Source: Kudoa neothunni (lineage: Eukaryota; Animalia; Cnidaria). Taken from it: a DNA stretch of 64,000 nucleotides. The notes beneath the pieces were generated by a model. It had not been told where the DNA came from. It searched no databases and was given only the letters and a program-made list of their open reading frames with translations. Positions 38,450 through 52,400 of the stretch are shown here, piece after piece (the stretch's first letter is position 1; each line of letters starts with the position of its first letter). The stretch covers positions 1,568,959 to 1,632,958 of the forward strand of contig OZ199840.1 of assembly GCA_964304625.1 (NCBI GenBank), in the 5' to 3' direction. The translations under genes and the position numbers were made by a program.

Positions 38450-39550
38450 TATCATTATTTAGTCGGCATCGACCACCAAACGTTGTTGGTACCTTTCATA
38501 ATCTCATCAGTTTTTACGGACATTACACAGATCTTATCTAAGCATTTAATGAAATTTTTTATTTGGTCCTCATTAAAAGAATTATTATGGTTGTTATAGG
38601 TAACAATTCTATTTATATCCTACCACAAATAATTTTGTAACCCACCGCAACCACTCATTTCTTTCGTTATTTCCATATGTATATTATCGTCATAAGAACA
38701 TATTATAACAATTGAAAAGTCAAATTTGTCGAATTTATTTTGATGTCATATTAAAGAAATTCTCTAAAATATTCATAGTTTTAAGAAGTTCATCTCCTAA
38801 AATTTGATAACTAAATTATAAAGTGACCTTAATAACGGGAATGCGAAAAGTATATAATTATTGATGCTTTAGAGGTGATGACACAGATCATGCGAGATAC
38901 TTTTAGATCTGCATGAATTAAAATTTTTATTTTGTCTATCCTTAATCACCATTGTTTTCTTAAAGTAATATTTTAAAAATTCTCATAAAAATAAACCGAC
39001 TAGCATATTTATGTATTGATTGCCGATAACCCCGATTTCATAGTTTCGGTGTAAAAACATAGCATATAAAAGTATTATTTATTTGTTGACCTTAAAAATC
39101 GAAATTCTAAAATTTCTTATAGTTAATCCTTATAAAATTTAATTAGTCTAACTTTGGGTTTCATGAGATAGAACAATATAGGTTCATTTACGAATTTTTA
39201 AAGAAATAAATACACCCGCTATGAATCAGGAGGAAATATCATTAACGATTAAAATGAATACCCATCGTGGGTAGAATGAAAAGTCATGACTGCTGTCGCC
39301 ATTGATTAATACTCTGTGCAACTTTCAGCTCGCCCGAATGCAATCATAATAAAAGCGATACAGCTACCTTATATATAGAAATTGCGGTTTAATGAAAACA
39401 AAATTATTTTTAGATTAAAATCTTATTTTTGTTTCTGTAATAGAAAGTATCAATATTTTGCATAAGGAAAAATCTTCTTCGTATGTATCCCTCTGTTGGC
39501 ACAATAGGATACATGCAAAACACAACTAATATTCGATGTGAAATACATTT
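38450..39550 (-). mobile_element. Possible highly decayed LINE reverse-transcriptase relic
   Basis: Minus-strand fragments RVLINGDSS and IVNDIS resemble QRVVINGESS and YINDI of CR1/L2-type RTs; heavily degraded. Confidence 0.3.
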
Positions 39551-39864
39551 TATGAAACACTAAACTTATTTCAACTTTAGGTATATTATTTATAATTCAC
39601 CCTTTATTAGGTACTGAAGGAGTTAGATGAAATTAAAGTCCATTTTATTAAATAAATATATATATATATATATTTTGCTTCATCATGCTCATTACGTTAA
39701 AAAATTGGATTTATAATAATATTATTAAGCAATTTGATCGACAATTATAGCTAATTGAAAATTTTATTAATCTTATTCATGTATTCACACCTCGTCTATT
39801 CCTTATATACGATAATTATTCAAGGTTCCGATTTATTTATTTATTACAAATTTTATATGAAAAA

Positions 39865-41313
39865 ATGAATAATCTATTATATAAAATAATATTTCTTCTG
39901 TCGTTTATTTCATGTTTTTCTGGTAACTATCATTTCTCTTATTAAGCTCAATATTGCTTGTTAGATCCGATATTACCATCTTATGAAAGAGATGAGGGAG
40001 ACTGGCCAATCGGTGGTGTTAAAAGCATGGATAATGTCATCGACCGATGGTTTATTGACATCAACGATGCCAAATGTAAGCCTCTAGAATATCGCGGTAT
40101 CAAGGGGAATTATAACAATTTTGCATCAAAAGGACTTTGCGAAATGCATGGTACGTTGTGAATTTAAATTTGGCTTATTATTATTAATAATAAAAGGGAA
40201 GTTAACTAAACGGGAAAAACTACAAGGATGTAAAAAACCAATGCATCCAGGACACTGTGTAAAAAACACAGAAATAAAAGCGAAATACTACTTTGATCAG
40301 ACAACTGCCAGCTGTAAAGAATTCCCATATAATGGATGTGGAGGAAGTTTTAATAGATATGACAATTCAACCGAATGTTATTTATATTGTTTAAGTATAT
40401 TGCACCGACTCAAATGTTGAAAATTAATATATATTTTACTTTAGATAAAAAGAATGGAGGCCTCACTAACGCAGACGATACAAATATAAAAAAAATCGAT
40501 AACGCAAAAGATTATTCAGTACCAAATTCTTTAGATTGTGAACTAAGGCCAGACGTTAAAGATAAGGACCCAGGCACTGCGATTATTGCTGATATCAAAA
40601 ACAACAAGTGCGCGTTTGCTGCAGTCTCAATTGATGTAAATACAAGAGGAATATTCCGCACGTTTTCTGAATGTGTCAATAAATGTTATCGTATATACAT
40701 TATATCATTTCAGCATTTAATATTTTGCAGCGCACAAGTTTAATGACACTGACGTAGAAGCTAAGAAAAAGAGAGTTCCTGCATGTGATAGGAATCCTTA
40801 TCAGACTGCCCTCGGTACTGACAAACAGACGATTTTCAGATACTATCATGATGCTGAAAATAAAGTATGCAAGCGTATGGAAACTGGCTCATCAACAGGT
40901 AAAGACACCAGCTTTAATAAAGAAAACAACAGCTTTCCAACGATGGAAATGTGTCACAGTTATTGCGGCGCAGGTACAAACTTGTTTAAATCAAGAATAA
41001 GAATGATGATTATTTACATTAGGTTCCATTTTCTTATTTAAACTTATTAATAATAAATTTAGAAAATTACAAGAAGGAAATAAAAGTTGAAGAAACCTGT
41101 ACTCAATCGGTAGGAGGGAAGTGGACGGATGGGGCATTTTATGTAACAAGATACTATTATAAATCAAAAGAACATAAATGCCAGCCATTCAAATACAAAG
41201 GTTATGATGGTAACTCAAATAATTTTGAAACTGGAGAACAATGTAAAAAAATATGTGGAGGCCATTATAATGGTGAGAATACAATTACGGTAGAAACTTC
41301 AGAAGAGACTTGA
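39865..41313 (+). CDS. Divergent five-Kunitz-domain secreted protein (paralog 5, intact)
   Basis: Exons 39865-39922, 39965-40150, 40197-40394, 40445-40690, 40731-40973, 41063-41313, all introns phase 1. Signal peptide MNNLLYKIIFLLSFISCFS. Same domain order and 2/6/4/4/4 Cys pattern, with shared motifs YSVPN..DC and N.FPT.EMC.SYC. Confidence 0.88.
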
Positions 41314-41435
41314 TTAGAGGCTAAAAGAAATCTATCTCTGTTGCGATGAACGTATTTTAGATATTAGTTTCCCATTTGGTATAACTTTTTATTAAATTTT
41401 TTTAATCTGAGAGCAATTTAAGTATATACGCGTTA

Positions 41436-43290
41436 TCTATCTATATTTATATAATTCTTTGTCTGTCTGACTACGTCCATAAGTGTGCATGTCCCATGGA
41501 GAAAACATTTTTTATATACAGCTTTTAATTCGCATTTGAATAGATGAAACCATTAATAAACATCTTGCATTTACTTAGAAGTATAAATATAGTAAATACC
41601 GTAGTCAGAAGTAAGGAGTTTTCAGTTTGTTTACTCAAATAACAGATTACAAAATACCTGTATAATATTTAATTTTAGTTTACTTCGGAGTGATAGTCAA
41701 TCAGAATAAACGTTTACTCACTATATACACAGATAATCTGTTTAAGTTTGGTATAGAATGTTTCAAAAATATTAAGTATGCGTGTTTGGAATGACTTCAA
41801 GGCAGATAATACCATAGAGCCATATTTACAAGAGATGTAACATTTCCCTGAAATTCGAAGCATAACCAAATTCTTTGAGATGTATTTTTATTTTTAAAGC
41901 ATTGTAGATATATTTAAGCGTAAGAGATTATGATTATTTTAAATAAAATACATTATTTGAGATTATTATTGTTGCTACGTTAAAATAATTTTGGTTTCTA
42001 TACGCATTGTAAAAATGATGTAGGATGTTTGTAGAGTTTCCAAATAATTAAATTATTATGTAAACTTCTTAAGTGAACATTTCTTTTTATCAAATATATC
42101 GATTGAGATTGAAACTATATTCGTCTTTTCGAAAAGTTTTTCCTCATTTTTTGGTTTTCCTAAACTTTCTTGAAAAAATAGCCGGTATAACTACTTTTAT
42201 AAGATTCTGTACTTGATGAGATAATTTTTTTAAATAATGTTTTAAGTTCTTAGTAACTTAATTATTTCTTATCCTCAGACTTAGAGCTGATATTCAAATC
42301 AATATAAAAATTTTCTTTTCGCTAAAAATAATTCATTATGTTATAAAAGCTGCATGAAAATATGCGACACTTCATTCTATACGTAATTTAAGAATTTATT
42401 GGTCTATTTGATCTAACGGATATTTTCACAAAGTTTTCCTTAATCTAAGAATAGTTCAATATAACAAAATTTTCCCAGAACAATCAAGCAATACGTTTAT
42501 TTTTAAAAGGGATGCACTCCTTCGAGACAACCAGTTTGATATTTAAATATTTAAGCATTACTGGGATTTTCTACCATAAAACACCTTTACAATTTACATT
42601 TTAGATTTAATCGTATTTTGATAATTAAATTTGTATATTTTTGAACCAGTAAGTTTTTTTAACAAAATGCAAGTTTGGATTTATTTAAAAATCCGGAAAT
42701 TATATTAAAATAGTGAATATATAAGTTACCACTCAGATTATCAAAACCTCATTAACATCCTTTAAAAATTGAAAAAAAAGAAGTAACAATTGATTATTTT
42801 GTTTCTGACGCATCTAAGGTCGATTTTATTTTTTTATCGTTTGTAGACTAATTAGTAATTTTATAACTAGAAGAATTAATTTTTATCACAAAATTATGAA
42901 AAGAACTGAATGTCCTATTTAAGTTATTTAATGATGTTGTTTAATGAATAAAATAACTTTAATCGTTAATTACTTTGCTCATAAAATTAAGGTCATACAT
43001 TTTTGGTCATAATCTATAAAATAAACTTAAAAAATATCCGTTAATTTTCCTCAATACCTCTATTTATATTTGATTGGAATGTACGCGCATAATTTTTTTT
43101 AAATCATCACATTGCAAAATTAATGAAAAGCTTTAAAATACAACAATTAAAATAGAAAAATAAAATTACAGTATTTAACGTGACATTTAGATTAGATCTT
43201 ACGTAGAATTTCTCCATTCAAAAATAAAACTAAAAGTTAAAATTTCCCATCAATCACATAATGGCAGGTAAAACTGGACATTAGCGATAG
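41436..43290 (+). mobile_element. Non-autonomous Helitron-like element, copy A (~1.85 kb)
   Basis: Starts A|TCTATCTATAT…; ends with a short hairpin CAGGTAAAACTG then …GCGATAG|T (CTAG-like); no TSD. Colinear with copy B over almost the whole length. Confidence 0.75.
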
Positions 43291-43319
43291 TAATTAATAA
43301 ATTTATTAAAATTATTTAG

Positions 43320-43700
43320 TGTTGTTAACATATCGTAGAAAAACTTTGGAATTATTTTGGTCATAAAACACAAAAATTTATCTTCATTTCTCCTTTCCTC
43401 CCCTGCGTCAAAATCGTCTAAGTAGATTTAGCGTTTGATTGGTGTATATTCCTATAATGAAATAACTTGTCTGTAAATATCAATGACCATTATCAATAAT
43501 CCAAACTATTCATGGAGATTCAGTCTTATTTTAAAAACTTTCGTGCATATAAATATGCTACGGTATATACAAAACTTATTCAAATCGACTTCACCATAAG
43601 CAGAATAGTGGAATCATGGAGAGAAACGACAAATTTTACCGACATATCGACAAAAGTATATAACGATTGATAAGTAAGAAATAAGTTAAAACAATATTGG
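43320..43700 (-). mobile_element. Possible Penelope-like reverse-transcriptase relic
   Basis: Minus-strand fragments IYRQV, IYLDDFD and FLRYVNNT occur in the order expected for YRQ..G..MG, NIYM..FE and RYVDD. Confidence 0.35.
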
Positions 43701-43814
43701 ACAGTTTTTATTCATTATAATAATATTCTGCTACACAAGGGTGTAAATTTTAGAATGTTTCTTTTTCAAGTTAGTTTTTTTAAGAAGGATTTTTCTCCAT
43801 ATATTATAAGTATT

Positions 43815-43860
43815 ATTATTTGTGTTATTATTTGTGTTATTTGTGTTATTTGTGTTATTT
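43815..43860. repeat. (TTATTTGTG)n short tandem repeat
   Basis: About five 9-12-bp units seen directly. Confidence 0.9.
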
Positions 43861-44478
43861 AAAAGGTCTGTTGTTAAAGTGTCAAAATCGTTATAATCAG
43901 ATGTTAATGGTTGTTTTTTAGACTAAGTCTCTAACTTCATTCATGTTGGAAGTGTTTTCGTCATTATCATTTAGCCAAACATTACAATACAAAATTAGAA
44001 ATTGCCACATATGTTCGTCGATGTTTAAGCACGCAAATTCGTTTAAATTATGCCGTTATTTTTATTTAAATTAGATGAAATTCAAAATAACTACTTCAAG
44101 ATGAATTATTACACAATTTATTTTAAAAAAATCTCTGGGGGTTTTTTCGACCTTAAGGTGCCAGGTGTAAGAATTTGATAAATATTCTATTTCTTTCTGT
44201 TAAAAGAAAAATAAATAATGTCTTCGGAAACAATCAAGGATTATAAATAAGTTAATATTTCAAAAAAATTCAAATAAGTAATGATGGAGGAAATAATGAC
44301 AAAAAAATCCGCGGGTAGTTAATAAAACAATGAGAAGACTGTTTTTCATTTAAGCAAAACATAGCGAAAATATAAAAGTCGTTTCTAATTCGAAAAAGCA
44401 TAACCAAAGAAAATCGAAACAAAATTTTAGTGAAACAGAACTGATCAAAATTCTTGTCTTATTACTCTTAGAGTTAAA

Positions 44479-47400
44479 TTATCTTTTTGCGTTAAAACAA
44501 TCGAAAATAGAGACAGTGTTAGTGAGTTTGGGATTGTTGTAGGGAGCTTCGGGAGTGCAATAACTGATGCGACGTGAAGTGGATTGAACAAAGCAGGATT
44601 TTTTCGCATGCTCAGTCCGATTTATGGTTAAATCTCTGCTATAAAACTGATCTGCCTCGATAAAATGGGTCATTTTGCCTTTACGATTAAACTCGTCCGG
44701 TTGGATGTCTTGGGGAAGGGTTATAATGTGTTGTTCATTAGCAGCCGGAGCAGCAACTGCCTCAGTGGACCGAACTGAGTCATTTCCAATGGTTGGCTTA
44801 TCATTTTCGATACCAACCTGATATATATCATCATTAGACTCCATGGAACTAGACAAAAGTTAGAAATTTTCAAACAAACCTACCACTAAACTTATTATTA
44901 GTCGAAACAGTAAGGGAATCATGCAATCTAAAATATAAAATATATTAGGTAAATACATGTTAAGAAGTAAAATTTGACGAACTTTTGAGAATCTTGGTTT
45001 TTTGAGGAATTTTTTGATGAATCGTTTGGTAAATCATTGTCAACCGAATGGTGAAGACAATAATTTCGTGAATAAATATGTGAACAATTTTTATAATCTT
45101 GATTTTGATCATGAAGCTTGTTTTTCAAAAGTTGTAAACGTTTATTTTTGAGACGAACGTCATCAGGCAGGTGTTTAGAGTTTAAATGACTTCTATAGTC
45201 ACGTTCTGTTTCATTTTCAAATCGTTGTTGATTTTCAGAAGAGTTCAAGATGCCTTCTCCTTTTTTAAACGATGATTCAATCTATGGTAGAAAAAATGCG
45301 TGTTATTATTGAATAAATAATTATATACCACTTCGCAATGGTGTTTGCAATGTTCTACACGATGGGCTTTGCTACCGAGTGAATTACAATGAACTAAGTC
45401 TATAAGAAGCTCGTTTATTTCGAAAAGTTTTTTTTGATAGCATTCAGTGTTTTTAATGCATTCATCTATTTGTTGTTGATATTTTTCTTCCACTTTCCTG
45501 AAACGTTTCTTCTCGGTTCTATTGAGCAGAGAATTAATATTAATGGGGAATCGAGTGAGTTTAATAATAACTTTTACCGGTAACGTTTAAACAAGTCACT
45601 TTCCCTTGTTTCTAGATCGTTTATTCTTTGTTTGAGTTGTAAAATACAGTTTTCAACTTTTGACTTTTCAAAACAAAGACAGCTAATTTGTTTTTCGTAG
45701 CTTATTTTGTCTTTTTCGAGTTTTTCAATGGTTTGCTTCAGTCGGATCTCTCTCTCAGTCGAGCAAACTCTAAACTAATCATATGTGATCGAGTATAAGT
45801 TGAAGTATGATTTCTAACTACAAATCAGTAAGAAATCTATTTTATAATAAATTTTTCATTAGATCTTTTTAATGAAAACCCCAAGAAATATTTTCACAGA
45901 ATGTAACCCATTTATTTTAAAATAAAAATAAATTAACCAAAAAATATGCTTTTAATAAAATTGCGCTATCTTTAAGGTTAAAGACAAAATAATTTTAGTT
46001 GCATTTGTTACGCATGAGCGACAAATATATAATAAAATATCAGCTCTTGATTTAGATTAATTCAAATATAACCCCATTTTTGGATAAAAAGTTGAAGTAT
46101 CAATTTCATTATTATGTAAACGTTAAATGTTAAGCTCCAACTTAAAAAAATTCGCAGTCAACTTCGCAATAATGGCCTTTAATCTGTTCAAAATATGAAA
46201 GAATATTTTATTGAAGAATAGATTAATCATATTAATAAGTACAATTGATAGTCTGTTGTAGTGAATATTAGATTATTACCAGGAAGTCAGCCCGCACCTC
46301 TTTTGAAAGTATTTTATTAGAGATATTTATCATAGAAAAATCGTCCATAATCACAGACAAGAAAATTTGAACCGTTAATTGAATTAATATAATAATTAAT
46401 TACTTTTTATTAATTATTTAAGTCATATAAGATTCTTTATAAATTAACCACTAAACTTTTCTAAAAATGGTATCTTGAATTGTAATCAAATTTTATATAT
46501 TATTTCGTAAATAACGATATTCTACTTATGACTGTATTCGATTCTTCGATTGAAATAGGAAATTATTGTAGAATCTTGATTTATTCAATAAAGTTATTCC
46601 GTTAATGCTTTAAAGTGTCAAATTTTAAAAATAATTAAGAATGGTTATCAAAATTAGTTCAGAATAGTTATAGTTTCTAACTATTTTGATAAAGTCGTAA
46701 TCGTTAATTGAAAAAATTATCTAAATATTTTAAAATTATGATAATCATAAAATTATAAAAAAATTAATTCTAAGATTCATAATTATAAATAATAGAAGTT
46801 TTAGAGAAAATTCAAATTGGTCTCTCCGTAATCTGCTCAGGATTTTTCTGTCGCATTTTAGGAACTTCCGTAAAGTCATTGACGAGTAATTTGTTATTTT
46901 CACACGGAAAAGTTTTCGGTTAATTTTCTAAATAATAAGATAAAATCTATAATTTTTTTGTTAGAATTATTATTCATAGGATTTATATTTGGAGTAAGAT
47001 ATCTCACTAACATTAACTAAACATATTCAGATACATATTTCGGTAAGATTTTGAATATTTTGTTTTTATAGGTTATAAAAAAATTTTTAAATTTCAAATT
47101 AAAACTAAGTAAAATCTTCCATTATGAAAATATGAATAATATACAAGTGTGGGTTGACTTCAAAACAGACAGATTGAAATTATTAACAGTTTTTCAATTA
47201 AACGATAAATATTTTTAAATATTTAATTGATTTTTGCGATTGGATTCTGAATTAAAAAATAGAAATGCAATGTACAGTTGATCACGAAATATCTTGAAAA
47301 GTGATTATATAATAAAAATGAGACACAAGTCATTAATTCTTGTCACGGAAAACAACTAAAAATATTACTATTAAATTTAGAATATTTTTTTTAATCATTT

Positions 47401-48320
47401 TTAATGAAAATACGTTATTTAAACTCCATAATCAATGTCTATGAGAATTTAAATAAGTATTTATCTGATGACTATTTGATATTTGACTACAAAAATTTAA
47501 AGTCACTTTGGCATCAAATAATTAAAAAAAATTTAGCTTCCTAATGATCAAAAATTGTAAATCAAAATAAAATTTATTCAGAAGCTCTCGTCAAATTTGA
47601 TTTAATAAATAGAAAACCCCGTCATAATTATGTAATTTCAAATTTAGAGAAAGTTATCTCTTTTTATTATTTCGTAAGGCTAAAAGATATTTCAGTTAAT
47701 AAAATATACCATTTTATATTCCTTTTCCAGATTTGCAAAACGTTCATCCAACTCTAGACAGAGTTCATTTCTGTAATCATCATTGTATTGTTTGTATCGA
47801 TAGAAAATATCTTCTTCGGTGGATTCATCTTGAATTATAAGTAAAATTAAATTTTTAATATAATATTTAAAAGCCAAAAAAAATTTGTACCTATTTTTGG
47901 ACAATAAACAGCCCCAATCTCGGAGAATTGCTCTGGGGGAAAAGTTATTAAATGTTGAACAACCAAACGAATTTACCTTCTGATGTAGAGTCGAATTTTT
48001 GCTCATTAGGATTTTCAACTGTTTTACTAAATTTATCATCCATCGTTAGATCAATTTATAATATTGTTTTTTAAAGTGATTTCAACTGGGAGATCAATAC
48101 GATTCAGATCTAACCTGGGATTGAGTTATTACGAAAATTTCGCTTACCATCCGCTTTCGGTCTCATTTTTTGTACTATAAGTGGATTCATATAAACGAGA
48201 AGATTCATTCAGTGTATCAGTGGGATTGGATTCTTTTTTTTCTTTTCGTTTAAATTTGAATATGTTAAATACTTTCGGCATTTTTAATAGGTTTGTTATC
48301 GTCGAGCTCCCTCCACCCAT
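44479..48320 (-). CDS. Unknown coiled-coil protein with N-terminal MGGGSS (possible myristoylation); one gene with a ~1.9-kb intron, or two genes
   Basis: ATG 48320 MGGGSSTITN…; exons to …ANLEKEYKM (47710); a phase-compatible acceptor at ~45774 leads into heptad-rich exons (EREIRLKQTIEKLEKDK…) and a disordered tail ending at 44479. Confidence 0.6.
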
Positions 48321-51300
48321 CTATAGAATGTCAAATAGCGCAATATTATAGAAATAATTAAGCAGTAGTTATTGTTTTTATTAGGTTCTAAAAAGAGTTA
48401 TTTATTGTTGTTATTTGTTCATTTTTTGTTGACATCGTTTCTATGGTCTACTAATGGAACACAATGCGTTACATACCTTGTTCATTGGATAAATCAATTA
48501 GGTACTCATTATTAACCTCACGTAATCGATAATAGATTAATCACATATTATTTTTAATATCTATCGTTAGTTTATCAAAAACTATGACCATTTAAAAATT
48601 TTCCACGGAATCTGACAGTTGTGTGATCGATATCACAAAAGTCAGGTTAATTATGTACAATAATGTCACGTAAATTATCATTTTAATCTTATTAATATTT
48701 ACGATAGTATTAATTGATTATTTTAATTATCACAAAATATATAAGTTTAATCTGAGCTTTATTTTTGATGCTAACCTACTTTTATAAGATATCAAATAAG
48801 CCCTAATTTTTGATTGATGTGTATAATTCACCAATCGATTTTTTAATCTCGAAAGAATAATTACTTGAACAATGCATTAATAATTATAAAATTTTCTCTA
48901 TGAAAAAAAATTTAAGTTCAGATAAAATCTGTATTTTGTATGTTGCGCGTGTACTAAATAATTTTAATAATTTTTTCGCAGTTCGCGCATGCGCCATTTT
49001 ACAGTCTTAATCTGTCGATATTATTTTAGAACGCCTGTCGTTTAAATAAATCGTTTTTTTTCAATTTAAAAAATTAATTATTAAATTACTGAATGCATTT
49101 CCATTATAAATTTATCAAAAATAATTAAAAATAAATTGTCTGAGTCTCCAAATAAACAAATTTTTTTGACGTTTATTGAATTGAGGAGTGTTGGATTTAT
49201 TCTAATAAAATATTATTTTTCATCTCACATAAAATGAATCTCATTGAGTTTAATTTTATGAAGAATTGATCGAAAATAAATTGTTTGAGGATTTAAACTC
49301 TTTCTGTTACATTAATCAAATAATAAATTTTAAAACTATTAGTTATAATATGTCTCTTCGTTAATATTATCCATTGAGTAGTTTAACAATGACGGTAGAA
49401 GGATTATCAATGTGGTATATGCTATTCTATAAAGGATACAATTTGTGAGGCATGAAGCATTACTTCCCTCGCCCTATAATAGATAAAATCTTGAAATGTC
49501 ATCAATATTATTGTTTTTCGATTATATTTTTATTATAATTAAAATAGTTAGTTATTTAATAAAATTTATAAATATGTAGGAGTTCCTTTTTTGGAGGTGA
49601 TAATACGGGTTAGAGTGTCTATTTTTAATAGTTTATTAACTGATAATACTGTAAAGGTTTTTATTCACAGCTCATATAATGGTTAGAACCATGAAATTAG
49701 TCTATTAATTTAATTTATGGATTTATCAAAATGTTTTTATAGCTAGCTAATTTTGTAACTAACTAATAAATATCAAAATCTCAAACCAAGTTTGGTTATG
49801 AATCAACTAACAGAGAAAAATCACGCGGTTTTTCACAGGACAACAATTTATCGAATATGCAAACACCTCAGAATTATATTTTCTTAGATACAGTAGCGAT
49901 ATAAGCAATAAATCAATGAAAAGGCAATTCCTCAAATTAATCTGACGTATTTTCTTTATATTACTTACCTTTATACAATCCAAAATTGAATTTTTTTCTG
50001 AAAGTAACCCTAACATAGCGGCAAGAAATTATCATTTAAATAAACATAATAAATAAAATTTTAAAAGGAATATTATTTCTTTTTGTAATTTGAATAAATG
50101 CAACCTAAAATTTATGTGATACTACAATCTAATAAAGTATGAATAGATTCGAGAATAATGAGCTCACAAGACGATTTTACGAAATAAATTTAATTCAATA
50201 ATTTGTTTCTATAAATTATTGCTAAACTACAATAAAATATAAGTAATATTTATTTTATCCCCAAATATTACACAAATATAATAAAACTCTAGTATTAGAA
50301 ATAAATAATCGTTGATAAATATTTTAAAAGTTCATATTTCTTAGTTTTTTATGCGAATTTCAAAATTATATGTTAAATTCAACAAACCAAGCATAGGATA
50401 AAGGAACGCCTAATATTTTAAAAACTTAAAAAATGCTAGGAAAACTTTACATATCGTACAGGGCCTGCTGAACCAATTTTGAGTTGGGAAGCATTATACA
50501 TCTTAAGGAACGATTTATTCTATTGAAACAACTAAATTCAAAATTTTTATTTATATTTCACATAATTCTATTGAAAAAATTTTGACTGATTCATCATCGC
50601 ATTAATTAATCGATGTAATGCGCATATGCGTTCGGTTTGTATTCTTTTTATTATTAAGCGGAAAAAATTGAACTAATTTTTAAGTAAAATTATATAAAAA
50701 TATATTTACAAGTTTTTTTATGAATAATATTCTTTTATACGTGTTTCAATAATATTTTTTGATTAATATTGACATTGTGTTAAAATTCAGTTATTGATTA
50801 GTTTCATGAAATTATAACATTTTATTTAATAATAATATTAAATATTTATTATTAATAAAATTTCTTGCGTTAACTTATCAACCGTATTTGTATCGAAGGT
50901 CCTATTTAACAAATTATTTATATAAATATGGATAAATTTTTATTGTATCAAGAAATTAACAGAATATATGTTTATGTGAAATTATATATCTTTAAAAGCC
51001 CTTTTAGAAATAAAAACTTAAATTTTCAAGTAACCTATGTTTTATTTAGTTGGTTAAAATTTCATAGACACTAATTTATGATGACTGAAAACAGAAAAAA
51101 TTAATCTTCGAAAAGAGTTAACCGAAAATTGTAAGTCAATTCAATTATCCCGAATTATATTTTAATAAGACTTAGGAGGTACTGGCTATTGACGCAGAAG
51201 TTTCTGATCTATAACGGTAACTACGTTTGCGCGAGACCCATTTTATTCACGAAAACTCCTATTTATAGTTGATCTATAAGGTCAATCTTTTGGAATCTGC

Positions 51301-52042
51301 TGTCTTTATTTATTTTTGGCCCATCGCTAATTTTTTTTGGAGACAAAAATAATTAAATACAACCAAACCTATCACTACCTGGATATTATGATCTATGTCT
51401 ATAGATATAGATACATTCCTTAAAAATGCTTATGGTAGAGACGTTGAAATACTAATTTATCGTAATGATTATGGTTGGCATATTGTTATAATATTTCTCA
51501 TTATAAACTATAGTTAATAGAAATTACTTATAAAACCATGATCTAGCATGAATGCCTACATTTAGGACTATAAAATGTATTATTTTCATATAAACGATAT
51601 TAAGAATTTGTCGGATTTAATCGTTCATATAGTCTAACATAAGACGAGAAACCTTATTATTACTTTAAATTTTAAGTAAAATAAAGTTATTTTCTGTCAA
51701 TTTTAAAATAGAAAAATTATTATTTTGTATGAAAATTTGCATTGAAGCAAATTCTTGAGTTTTACGTCTCGTTTAATTTGGAATTCTGTGTGATTACAAA
51801 AATTGTGGTTATTTAAATTTTTCGTATTATATTTTTCAATAAGAAAATGTAAATATGTCAAAAAGCATATTTGTTTGGGAAAATTAATTTAATCTATTTC
51901 TTTTCTAGAAATAGTAATTTAATAAAAAACTGATTGCTTAGTAATTCAATTGAGTGATAATTATATTAGCGTTATTATAAAGCAATTTTTAAGAAAAACC
52001 GAAAAATTTAATTGTCGAGCTCCTAAATGTGTTGGAAAATAT

Positions 52043-52125
52043 CAGACGATGCACTTTCGTGTTTTCACGAATTAAATACCATACCTAAATTTTGGCACGA
52101 AACATGAACGAAAGTGCATTGTCTG
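52043..52125. repeat. 83-bp inverted repeat (mini-MITE or hairpin)
   Basis: Arms CAGACGATGCACTTTCGT / ACGAAAGTGCATTGTCTG, 17 of 18 complementary. Confidence 0.75.
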
Positions 52126-52400
52126 TAAAATATTTTTAATAAGTCACGTTAAATTTTATTATATCACAAGTTTAAAATAAAAGAGAGTTACTTTTAACCA
52201 GTTTCACCAAAAAGAGATTGAGGTAACAATTATAAGTTATAATTAAACAAAAGAAAATATGAGAAATTTTATTTATACAAGTATGCACTATTTTTCTAGA
52301 TTCTTATAAAATACCCCACACATGTTTGGAGAAACAACTTTAAAAAGAACAAATGCATCAACTAAAACAAAAAAATTTACAAAAATAAAAAAAATCAGTG

